A stretch of DNA of 32,000 nucleotides from Propionibacterium freudenreichii subsp. freudenreichii (GTDB lineage Bacteria > Actinomycetota > Actinomycetes > Propionibacteriales > Propionibacteriaceae): positions 2,190,001 through 2,222,000 of the forward strand of contig NZ_CP010341.1 of assembly GCF_000940845.1 (NCBI RefSeq), read 5' to 3'. The position numbers were made by a program, and so were the translations under genes. Below the pieces are notes generated by a model. It saw only the letters and a program-made list of their open reading frames with translations, made no database searches and was not told the origin of the DNA. Below are positions 1 through 7,207 of this stretch, in pieces; position 1 is the first letter of the stretch; the number at the start of each line of letters is the position of its first letter.

Positions 1-23
1 TCCTCATCATAAGGACTCACACT

Positions 24-581
24 GTGACCGATGAATTTCGCATTGCAACGGGGCTTCCGCAGTACGACCTGACCTTCGACATGACCGTCGAGATCCCGCG
101 GGGCACCAAGAACAAGTACGAGATGGATCACAACACCGGCCGTATCCGCCTGGACCGGACGTTGTTCACCTCCACTCAGTACCCCTATGACTATGGGTTC
201 ATCGAGGGCACCCTCGGCGAGGACGGCGACCCCCTTGACTCCATGGTCATCCTGACCGAGCCGACCTTCCCGGGTTGCCTGGTGCGCTGCCGCGCCATCG
301 CGATGTTCCGGATGCGCGACGAGGCCGGCCCCGACGACAAGGTGCTGTGCATCCCCACCGCCGACGTGCGTCGCGATTACATGGACGACATCGATGACGT
401 CCCCCAGATGGTGATGCTCGAGATCGAGCACTTCTTCACCGTCTACAAGGACCTGGAGCCCGGAAAGAGCGTCGAGGGCGCCTCCTGGACGGGCCGCACC
501 GACGCCGAGGCCGAGATCCGCGCCTCCTTCGAGCGCGCCAAGGGCACCTCATACGAGCACCTGAAGGTTGACCTGCAGTAG
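24..581 (+). CDS. ppa: Inorganic pyrophosphatase, family I
   Basis: 185-aa ORF from GTG 24 with an AAGGA Shine-Dalgarno-like motif about 9 nt upstream. The protein shows the family I PPase pattern by eye (EIPRGTKNKYE, YPYDYGFI, DGDPLD, DDKVL). Confidence 0.95.
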   Translation: MTDEFRIATGLPQYDLTFDMTVEIPRGTKNKYEMDHNTGRIRLDRTLFTSTQYPYDYGFIEGTLGEDGDPLDSMVILTEPTFPGCLVRCRAIAMFRMRDEAGPDDKVLCIPTADVRRDYMDDIDDVPQMVMLEIEHFFTVYKDLEPGKSVEGASWTGRTDAEAEIRASFERAKGTSYEHLKVDLQ

Positions 582-625
582 GACGAACGCGGGATCTGTG
601 ATCCCAGCGGGATTCTCGTGGTCGC

Positions 626-658
626 GCCCGGGCATGTGCTGCACAGCCGTGCCCGGGC
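626..658 (+). terminator. GC-rich compound hairpin downstream of ppa (possible intrinsic terminator without a U-tract)
   Basis: GCCCGGGCA (626-634) pairs with TGCCCGGGC (650-658), enclosing an inner TGTGC-T-GCACA hairpin (635-645). It lies 45 nt after the ppa stop. No T-run follows, so terminator function is an inference. Confidence 0.35.
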
Positions 659-680
659 GCGACTGTGTTCCGGCCCGTGG

Positions 681-754
681 GACAAGCGGGGCCCCCGGGA
701 CAGGTAGGGCCCACGGGACAAGCGGACACCATGACAAGCGGACACCGTGACAAG
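681..754. repeat. Periodic GACAAG(CGG(ACACC)) motif array, 5 copies at 16-18 bp spacing
   Basis: GACAAGCGG at 681. Degenerate GACAGGTAGG at 699. GACAAGCGGACACC at 717 and 733. GACAAG at 749. Read directly from the sequence. Confidence 0.7.
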
Positions 755-1987
755 ATGTGCGACGTGTCCGCCTACCTGATGCTGCTCGCGCCCTCGGCCA
801 ACCACGTCTATGCCGCCGAGACGGCCACCCTGGCCGCCGCCGAGCTGGCCGTGACGAGCCCCGACCTCGGCGCCGCCGTGGAGCGCCGCGTGGCAGGCGT
901 CGACTACCTGGCCTTCGAGGCCGATGACCTCGATCCGCGCAAGATCGCCGCCCAGTCGAGTGTGCTCGCGCTCTTCGAGCGCGCATCCGAGCAGGCCGCG
1001 CTCTTCGGAAGTGAACCCGCGGCGGACGTGCCCACCACGTCCCCCTCCGAGGTGCTGCTGCGGCCCATCGAGCTGCCGCGCTCCGACGTGCTGGACGACG
1101 ACCTGGTGACCATCCCCAAGTACCGCGGCAAGACCAACGAGCTGTTCACCCGCCTGTTGCTGCACGTGACGCTGAGCCAGGTGACCACCCGTCGGGGAAC
1201 GGCTGCCGCCGGCCGCGACGCCCCCACCGGCCATGACCAGACGCGCCGCCAGTTCGACGTGCTCGATCCCCTTGCCGGACGCGGCACCACCCTGCTGACC
1301 GCCTGGACGGCCGGACATAATGCCTACGGGGTGGAGCTCGACACATCGGCGTTCGAGCAGTTCGCTGGCTTCCTCAAGACCTATCTGCGTCGCAAGCGCC
1401 TCAAGCACACCGCCGAGGTGACCACGGTGCGTCGCGACGGGCGGATGATGGGCCAGCGCCTGGATGCCACGGCCCGTCCCGGTGAGCAGACCCGGGGCCA
1501 CCGGGCCGTCCCCGATGCTCCGCAGCTGGCGATGACCATGTTCACCGGCGACACCCGCGACGCGGCGGTGCTGTTCGGCAAGCGCAAGTTCGACGCCATC
1601 GTCACCGACGCGCCCTACGGCGTGGTGCACGGCGCCACCGATGTGCGCAGGGCCCCCCGAGAGAACCGCGCCCCCCGAGAAAATGGGAAGCGCGGCTCCG
1701 CAGGGCACCCGACGGGCCATCGCCCGGGCGGCGACCGCGACCGCTCCCCCGCCACCCTGTTGGCCGACGCCATCCCGGTCTGGGCTGGCCAGTTGCGCGC
1801 CGGCGGCGCCCTGGGGCTGTCGTGGAACACCTATGGCCTCAGCCGCGAGGACCTGGCCGCGATCTGCACCGACGCCGGGCTGGAGGTGCGTGACGACGGC
1901 CCCTGGCTGCAGTTCGCCCACCGCGTGGATTCGTCGATCAAGCGGGATCTGATGGTGGCCGTGAAGCCCGCCCGGCTAGTCTCGTGA
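755..1987 (+). CDS. SAM-dependent methyltransferase (TRM11/UPF0020-like, motif IV DAPYG); start codon uncertain (665 GTG, 731 ATG, 755 ATG and 764 GTG all in frame)
   Basis: ORF 665..1987. It contains LDPLAGRGTTLL (SAM-binding loop-like) and FDAIVTDAPYGVVHG ((D/N)PPY-type catalytic motif). No convincing SD precedes any candidate start. I chose 755 because the conserved-looking N-terminus starts near YLMLLAPSANHVYA. Confidence 0.75.
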   Translation: MCDVSAYLMLLAPSANHVYAAETATLAAAELAVTSPDLGAAVERRVAGVDYLAFEADDLDPRKIAAQSSVLALFERASEQAALFGSEPAADVPTTSPSEVLLRPIELPRSDVLDDDLVTIPKYRGKTNELFTRLLLHVTLSQVTTRRGTAAAGRDAPTGHDQTRRQFDVLDPLAGRGTTLLTAWTAGHNAYGVELDTSAFEQFAGFLKTYLRRKRLKHTAEVTTVRRDGRMMGQRLDATARPGEQTRGHRAVPDAPQLAMTMFTGDTRDAAVLFGKRKFDAIVTDAPYGVVHGATDVRRAPRENRAPRENGKRGSAGHPTGHRPGGDRDRSPATLLADAIPVWAGQLRAGGALGLSWNTYGLSREDLAAICTDAGLEVRDDGPWLQFAHRVDSSIKRDLMVAVKPARLVS

Positions 1988-1988
1988 C

Positions 1989-2531
1989 ATGACCAGCAAG
2001 CTGTACCTCATGCGTCATGCCCAGGCTGAATCGTTCGGGCCGTCCGGCGATATGAGCCGTGGGCTCACCGACCTCGGACGTGACCAGGCGCACCATGCCG
2101 GCGAGCTGTTGGCCGCCGCCGGCATCCAACTGGCAATGGTCTCCGCAGCGCAACGGGCCCGCGAGACCTTCGCCGCCATGGCGCTCAGCGACCCCGAGGG
2201 GCGTCCGGTGCGCGCCGAATACATGAAGGCGCTCTATGACGCCTCGCCGGCCACGCTGTTGCAGCGCATCGGCGAGACCCCCGACGAGGTCAGTGCCCTG
2301 CTCGTGCTCGCCCATGCCCCGGGTATCCCGTCGCTGGCCGCCAACCTCACCTGGGCCGCCTCGCACCGCGAGGCCGACCTGATGCAGTGCGCCTTCCCGG
2401 CCGCGACGCTCGTCGCCTTCGACGTGGACGGCCCCTGGTCACAGCTGACGGACTTCGATCCCTACGACTACACCGACGCCGCCCGGCCGCGCGTCAGCCC
2501 GGTGCGTCCGGCGGACCTGCCCACCGGCTGA
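1989..2531 (+). CDS. Histidine phosphatase superfamily protein, SixA-like phosphohistidine phosphatase
   Basis: 180-aa ORF starting 1 nt after the upstream stop. N-terminal LYLMRHAQAE (RHG-type catalytic motif) and a later LAHAPG histidine motif, as in the SixA branch. Confidence 0.8.
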   Translation: MTSKLYLMRHAQAESFGPSGDMSRGLTDLGRDQAHHAGELLAAAGIQLAMVSAAQRARETFAAMALSDPEGRPVRAEYMKALYDASPATLLQRIGETPDEVSALLVLAHAPGIPSLAANLTWAASHREADLMQCAFPAATLVAFDVDGPWSQLTDFDPYDYTDAARPRVSPVRPADLPTG

Positions 2532-2534
2532 CCG

Positions 2535-3437
2535 ATGAAGACCGTCTTCGGCGAGGGCCAATTCCGCTGGTACGCAACGGCCACCAGCGACACCGGGGGC
2601 CTCAAGCGGCTCGCCAGCCAGTTCAACATCGACCAGGAGATCCTGACCTACGCGCAGGACCCCCACGAACGTGCCCACGTCGAATACGACGCCGACACCG
2701 GGACCTTCCTGCTCATCTTCAACGTGGCGCACCGCGAGAAGATCGAGAACCACTACGACGCCAGCCCGATGACCTTCATCGTCAAGGACCACGAGCTGTT
2801 CACGATCAACGATGAGCACACCAGCTATGTGAACGACCTGATCGCCGGCTTCGTGAAGGCCCATCCCGAGGTCACGCCCATCGAGCTGCTGTTCAATGCC
2901 CTGTTCCTGGTCTCCGACGCCTTCTTCCCGCTGGTGCAGGACGTCGACGCGGAATGGCGCCACTACACGAGCAGCCTGCGCGAGCGCACCACCAAGTCAA
3001 AGCTGTTGGAGCTGTCCGACCTGGGCATCGGGCTGATCTACCTGGTGGCCGCGGCGAAGCAGAACGCCGTGGTGATCCGCCAGATCAAGGTGCAACAGCC
3101 CTATCACCGCCTGTCGGATTCGGCCCGCGAGCAGCTTGACGACGCCGAGATCGAGGCGAACCAGCTGGTGGAGATGACCGAGATGTCGTCGCAGATCATC
3201 GGCCAGTTGTCCGACACCTACAACAATGTGTTGAACAACAACCTGAACGACATCATGCGCTTCATGACGGTCTGGTCGCTGCTGTTGGCGATCCCGACGA
3301 TCGTCACCGGCTTCTTCGGGATGAACGTTGCGCTGCCGCTGGAGAACGCGCCGCACGCCTGGCTGATCGTCACCGGCATCGCCGCCGTGCTCTGGTTGGC
3401 GATGGGCCTCATGCTGCGCCACAGCATGCGCAAGTGA
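2535..3437 (+). CDS. corA: CorA-family divalent cation (Mg2+/Co2+) channel
   Basis: 300-aa ORF starting 3 nt after the upstream stop. Two C-terminal TM helices flank the GFFGMNV (GMN) signature. Confidence 0.85.
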   Translation: MKTVFGEGQFRWYATATSDTGGLKRLASQFNIDQEILTYAQDPHERAHVEYDADTGTFLLIFNVAHREKIENHYDASPMTFIVKDHELFTINDEHTSYVNDLIAGFVKAHPEVTPIELLFNALFLVSDAFFPLVQDVDAEWRHYTSSLRERTTKSKLLELSDLGIGLIYLVAAAKQNAVVIRQIKVQQPYHRLSDSAREQLDDAEIEANQLVEMTEMSSQIIGQLSDTYNNVLNNNLNDIMRFMTVWSLLLAIPTIVTGFFGMNVALPLENAPHAWLIVTGIAAVLWLAMGLMLRHSMRK

Positions 3438-3473
3438 AACCACATGCTGCACCCCTAGGATGTTGCGGTAGCT

Positions 3474-3568
3474 TCCGGGCCGCCCACCGCGGCCCACGCT
3501 GCTATCCGTAGAGTCCGGGCCGCCTACTGCGGCCCACGTTGCTATCCGTAGTCCGGGCCGCCCACGCG
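3474..3568. repeat. Tandem repeat, about 2.4 copies of a 38-40 bp unit, each unit with a 7-bp GC hairpin
   Basis: Copy 1 is 3474-3511 (TCCGGGCCGCCCACCGCGGCCCACGCTGCTATCCGTAG). Copy 2 is 3514-3551 with 3 substitutions. A partial copy spans 3552-3568. Each unit contains GGGCCGC-loop-GCGGCCC. Confidence 0.85.
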
Positions 3569-3593
3569 TCCCGCTGGTCGAGGGGAGGGACCC

Positions 3594-4658
3594 GTGGCTG
3601 ACAGCGCACGCCATGACGCGCGTCGCCGCGCCCGCGAGCAGCGACGACGCAAGCTGCGCCACGACCTCCACGGACTGGTCAGTTCCTCCCCCATCGCGGG
3701 ACGCACCCGTGCGTCCGCCGGCCTGCTGTGGCGGGCCCCCGTCTGGCTGATCACCCTGTTGATGGCCGTGGTGCTGGTGGGCGTGATCACCTTCGGCTCG
3801 TTCCGCAGCACCGGACGTCCCGCCCAGCCGGCGATCACCGTCAGCCCCTCGGCAAGCCCCACCCCGAGCGTCTCCCAGACCCCGGTGGTGGCGCCTCAGA
3901 CGATGGCGCCGACCGGTGAGGACCTGGCCGACCTGCAGGCGCAGGTGGCCGCCATCGAGAACCGCTACGGCGTGCGCGTCGGGCTGGCCGTGTCGGGCAT
4001 CGCCCCGGTGGGCGCCCAACTTGACGCCACCTGGACGGCCGGCAGCGCCACCAGCGGGCCGGCGCTGGGCACCATCGACCTGCCCATCGCGCTGGCGGTG
4101 CTCAACCTGAACCCGGTGCCCTCCAACATCACCTACCTGCTGGCCAAGAGCATCAGCGGGTCGAGCCTGTCGGGAGACGAGGCGCTCTACAGCTTCCTGG
4201 GCAACGGCGAGGAGGCCGCCACCAGGACCAATGCGGTCCTGCGCGCCTACGGCGACCAGAACACCACGGTGGCCACCAGCACGGCCCGTCAGGACGTGCC
4301 GGCATTCAGCCAGACCGACTGGCCGGTGGCCCCACAGGCGCAGATGGCCGGACAGCTGTGGTGCTCGTCGGACGCCTGGTATGCCGTCTCACGCATGCAC
4401 TATTTCGACGATGACCACGCCTACGGCTTCGGTTCGGTGGTGGGCAGCTACCTGCGCACCTCCGATGGCGTGGACGACAACGGCAATCCGGTGGTGCGCC
4501 AGATGGCGATCATCCCCAACGCCAATGGCGACCGGATCGGCGTCGGCCTGGTGGTCAATGGCGCCAGGGACAAGCTCGACGATGTGAAGGCCGCCGCCGA
4601 TGCGGTGGCCGGGCGCGTCTACTTCGGGGCGGTCGGCTTCGACGGCGGACACTGCTGA
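3594..4658 (+). CDS. Membrane-anchored secreted-domain protein, class A beta-lactamase-like fold suspected, no SxxK seen
   Basis: 354-aa ORF from GTG 3594 with a GGAGGG SD 5-6 nt upstream. It has an Arg-rich N-terminus, one TM helix (VWLITLLMAVVLVGVITFGSF) and a Pro/Ser/Thr linker. The following domain begins LQAQVAAIENRYGVRVGLAV, which resembles the N-terminus of class A beta-lactamase/penicillin-binding-fold proteins. Confidence 0.7.
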   Translation: MADSARHDARRRAREQRRRKLRHDLHGLVSSSPIAGRTRASAGLLWRAPVWLITLLMAVVLVGVITFGSFRSTGRPAQPAITVSPSASPTPSVSQTPVVAPQTMAPTGEDLADLQAQVAAIENRYGVRVGLAVSGIAPVGAQLDATWTAGSATSGPALGTIDLPIALAVLNLNPVPSNITYLLAKSISGSSLSGDEALYSFLGNGEEAATRTNAVLRAYGDQNTTVATSTARQDVPAFSQTDWPVAPQAQMAGQLWCSSDAWYAVSRMHYFDDDHAYGFGSVVGSYLRTSDGVDDNGNPVVRQMAIIPNANGDRIGVGLVVNGARDKLDDVKAAADAVAGRVYFGAVGFDGGHC

Positions 4659-4738
4659 GGGCACCGGTGCGTCCTCCGGGACGCGCAGCAAGCACACAGC
4701 GCGCGGGCGTGCGCGTCCACAGCCCGGCGAAACGTGGC

Positions 4739-4807
4739 TGTTACATCGCCCCGAGATCGGTTACCAGCCCGTAACACGGACAACACTGTGACGAAACGCG
4801 GCCGGGA
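4739..4807 (+). promoter_or_regulatory. Cluster of GTnAC / GAAAC half-sites upstream of amtB (possible GlnR-type nitrogen regulator boxes)
   Basis: GAAAC 4739, GTTAC 4750, GTTAC 4770, GTAAC 4781, GTGAC 4798 and GAAAC 4803. GAAAC-n6-GTTAC and GTTAC-n6-GTAAC spacings are present. The sites resemble the actinomycete GlnR a-site (GTnAC) and b-site (GAAAC), but the arrangement is not canonical. Confidence 0.3.
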
Positions 4808-4819
4808 AAAACTATTTTC

Positions 4820-6181
4820 ATGATCGCATTGGAAATCAGCGCAGGCGACACGGCCTGGGTACTCATCAGTGCGGCGTTGGTGCTCTTCATGACGCCAATG
4901 CTCGCGTTCTTCTATGGCGGCATGGTCAGGGCCAAGGGCGTCCTGAACATGATGATGATGTCCATCATCGCGATGGGCATCGTCGGCGTGCTGTGGGTGT
5001 TGTTCGGCTTCTCGGAGGCGTTCGGCAACTCGTGGCACGGCCTCATCGGCAATCCCTTCCAGTATGCCGGATTGAAGGGGCTGGCCACGGCCCAGTTCGG
5101 CACCATCCCGGCCTTCGCCTTCGTCGGCTTCCAGGCCGCGTTCGCCATCCTGGCCGTCGCGCTCATCTCGGGCGCGGTGGCAGACCGGATGAAGTTCGGC
5201 GCCTGGTGCCTGTTTGCGGCCTTCTGGAGCGTGCTGGTCTACTTCCCGGCCGCCCACTGGGTGTTCGCGTTTGACGGCTATGCCGCCGACAAGGGCGGTT
5301 GGATCGCCAACTCGCTGAAGGTCTTCGACTTCGCCGGTGGCACCGCCATCCACATCAATGCCGGCGCGGCAGCGCTGGCCCTGGCCATCGTGCTGGGCAC
5401 CCGCAAGGGCTTCGGCACCCGCCCGATGCGTCCGCACAACCTCACCCTGGTGATGCTCGGCGCGGCCGGCCTGTGGTTCGGCTGGTTCGGTTTCAACGCC
5501 GGTTCGGCACTCGGCGCCAATGGCACCGCCTCCCTTGCCTGGACGAACACCCTGGCCGCCACCTGCGCCGCCATGAGCGCCTGGGCCCTGACCGAGCGCA
5601 TCCGCGACGGACACGCCACCAGCCTTGGTGCCGCCTCCGGCGTGGTGGCCGGCCTGGTGGCCATCACCCCCGCCTGCGCCACGGTGAGCCCACTGGACGC
5701 CCTGGCGATCGGCGTCCTGGCCGGCGTCGGCTGCTGCTACGCAGTGGGCTTGAAGTACAAGCTCGGCTACGACGACTCGCTCGACGTGGTGGGCGTGCAC
5801 CTGGTGGGTGGCATCATCGGCACCCTGGCGGTCGGCCTGTTCTGCAAGGCGGACCTCACCAACGGCATCAACGGCCTGTTCTACGGCGGCGGATTCGAGC
5901 AGCTCGGACGCCAGGCCCTCGGCGCGGTAGCCATGTTCGCCTTCTCGTTCATCGTCAGCTCGCTCATCGCGCTGGTGATCAAGAAGACCATCGGCATCCG
6001 CGTCAGCAATGAGGTGGAGTACGGCGGCATGGACATCTCGCAGCACGCCGAGATCGGCTACGACCTGAGCATCATCGGCTACTCGTCGACCAAGAGCGTG
6101 CGCCGCACGATCATCGTGCCGCCCGACGCCTCGAGCCTCACCGACAAGCCCGCCCGCACCCAGGAAGAGGCCTCCGCATGA
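4820..6181 (+). CDS. amtB: Ammonium transporter (Amt family)
   Basis: 453-aa polytopic membrane ORF. N-terminal DTAWVLISAALVLFMTP, DFAGGTAIHINAG and other Amt-family blocks recognised by eye. It overlaps glnK by 4 nt (ATGA). Confidence 0.95.
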   Translation: MIALEISAGDTAWVLISAALVLFMTPMLAFFYGGMVRAKGVLNMMMMSIIAMGIVGVLWVLFGFSEAFGNSWHGLIGNPFQYAGLKGLATAQFGTIPAFAFVGFQAAFAILAVALISGAVADRMKFGAWCLFAAFWSVLVYFPAAHWVFAFDGYAADKGGWIANSLKVFDFAGGTAIHINAGAAALALAIVLGTRKGFGTRPMRPHNLTLVMLGAAGLWFGWFGFNAGSALGANGTASLAWTNTLAATCAAMSAWALTERIRDGHATSLGAASGVVAGLVAITPACATVSPLDALAIGVLAGVGCCYAVGLKYKLGYDDSLDVVGVHLVGGIIGTLAVGLFCKADLTNGINGLFYGGGFEQLGRQALGAVAMFAFSFIVSSLIALVIKKTIGIRVSNEVEYGGMDISQHAEIGYDLSIIGYSSTKSVRRTIIVPPDASSLTDKPARTQEEASA

Positions 6182-6516
6182 AGCTCATCACCGCAATCAT
6201 CCAGCCCGATGTGCTGGAGGACGTCGAGATCGCCCTGGCCCAGGCCGGTGCCTCCGGAATGACCGTCTCCGAAGTGAGCGGCTACGGCCGCCAGCGCGGG
6301 CACACCGAGGTCTACCGCGGAGCCGAGTACACGATCGACTTCATCGCCAAGGTGCGCATCGAGATCCTGGCCGCCGAGGCCGAGGTGGAGGGCATCATCT
6401 CGATCATCTGCGAGTCGGCCCGCACCGGCAATGTCGGCGACGGCAAGGTCTGGTCGTCCACCGTGGAGGACGTGGTGCGCATCAGGACCGGCGAGCGCGG
6501 GGCCGAGGCCCTGTGA
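6178..6516 (+). CDS. glnK: Nitrogen regulatory protein P-II
   Basis: 112-aa ORF MKLITAIIQP...GYGRQRGHTEVYRGAEY with T-loop Tyr51 retained. Translationally coupled to amtB, the classical amtB-glnK arrangement. Confidence 0.95.
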   Translation: MKLITAIIQPDVLEDVEIALAQAGASGMTVSEVSGYGRQRGHTEVYRGAEYTIDFIAKVRIEILAAEAEVEGIISIICESARTGNVGDGKVWSSTVEDVVRIRTGERGAEAL

Positions 6517-6588
6517 TGACCACCGTCACCCGCGTGCGCCGGGCATTGCACACATAAACCCCCGATCGTTTCCTTGCGATCACATGAG

Positions 6589-6626
6589 CAGTTGGCCCGT
6601 CCTGATTGATCAGGACGGGCCAACTG
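6589..6626 (+). terminator. Perfect 17-bp stem hairpin downstream of glnK
   Basis: CAGTTGGCCCGTCCTGA-TTGA-TCAGGACGGGCCAACTG, 73 nt after the glnK stop. No T-tract follows, so it would be an actinobacterial-style terminator or a protein-binding palindrome. Confidence 0.5.
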
Positions 6627-6704
6627 TGTGTGTGGGACGGGTTCGGGCTCACGCAGCGCCACGGCCTCACGCAGCGCCGCAGCATCAGCCGACACGGAAT
6701 CAGC

Positions 6705-6812
6705 CGGCCCGAACTCCCCGCACCCGGAAATCACCACTGAGTGGGCAGTTGTGCGGCGTCATTGCCGCACAGGTGTCCACCTAAGGACGTCCACCCGAAA
6801 GGCAACCGTGCC
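6705..6812. repeat. Direct repeat copy A (92-nt core 6705-6796 plus degenerate tail)
   Basis: The core is identical to 7085-7176 except for 4 substitutions in my manual alignment. It contains a GTGCGGC-GTCATT-GCCGCAC hairpin and a CCAC-TGA-GTGG mini-hairpin. Confidence 0.9.
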
Positions 6813-6900
6813 CATTCAAGGGGCGAACCAGCTGGAGCTGGTGACGGACCGAGCCGGCGACACGGGCACCCGGCAGGGCCACGCCGACGCGCGATCCAAA

Positions 6901-6948
6901 GATGGGGAGGACCTCTGCAGGGTAGACGACGTAAAGGTCCTCCCCATC
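6901..6948. other. Hairpin with 13-bp perfect stem and 22-nt loop
   Basis: GATGGGGAGGACC (6901-6913) pairs with GGTCCTCCCCATC (6936-6948). It lies between the two repeat copies in gene-free DNA. Confidence 0.8.
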
Positions 6949-7084
6949 CCGCGTCGACCAGGCGCCGACGGCCCTATCGGGGCACTGAGTGGATGGTTTC
7001 GACGCGTCTGATCACCACAACCCTCCACTGGGTGGAGAACTGGAGGAGAGAACCCGTGGACAGGGGGACGCCGTCGGCCGCACT

Positions 7085-7207
7085 CGGCCCGAACTCACCG
7101 CACCCGGAAATCACCACTGGGTGGGCAGTCGTGCGGCGTCATTGCCGCACAGGTGTCCACTTAAGGACGTCCACCCAGGGATGCCCACCCGGACAGCAAC
7201 CGTGTCC
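7085..7207. repeat. Direct repeat copy B (92-nt core 7085-7176 plus tail with a ~15-nt insertion relative to copy A)
   Basis: See copy A; the offset between copies is 380 bp. The shared tail motif GCAACCGTG recurs after the insertion. Confidence 0.9.

Noticed and set aside
665-754. Collagen-like GXY reading (GQA GPP GQV GPT GQA) if the methyltransferase started at GTG 665.
   Set aside because: It has only five triplets and no SD, and the periodic DNA repeat explains the pattern. It is kept as an alternative inside a finding, not called as a feature.
443-1921. 492-aa ORF antisense to ppa and the methyltransferase.
   Set aside because: The composition is Gly/Ala/Arg/Pro-rich and typical of the reverse frame of GC-rich genes. 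It has no start context and fully overlaps genes with recognisable motifs.
2532-2534. M-box or other riboswitch in front of corA.
   Set aside because: Only 3 nt separate corA from the upstream gene, so there is no room for a leader.
3474-3568. CRISPR-like appearance of the repeated hairpin units.
   Set aside because: The units abut each other with 0-2 nt between them, so there are no spacers. Only about 2.4 copies are present and there are no cas genes.
4808-4819. AmtR box (CTAT-N6-ATAG) near CTATTTTCATGATC upstream of amtB.
   Set aside because: The second half-site is GATC rather than ATAG, and the motif overlaps the start codon.
4619-6046. 475-aa ORF antisense to amtB.
   Set aside because: This is the same GC-artefact pattern, and the amtB frame carries clear Amt-family blocks.
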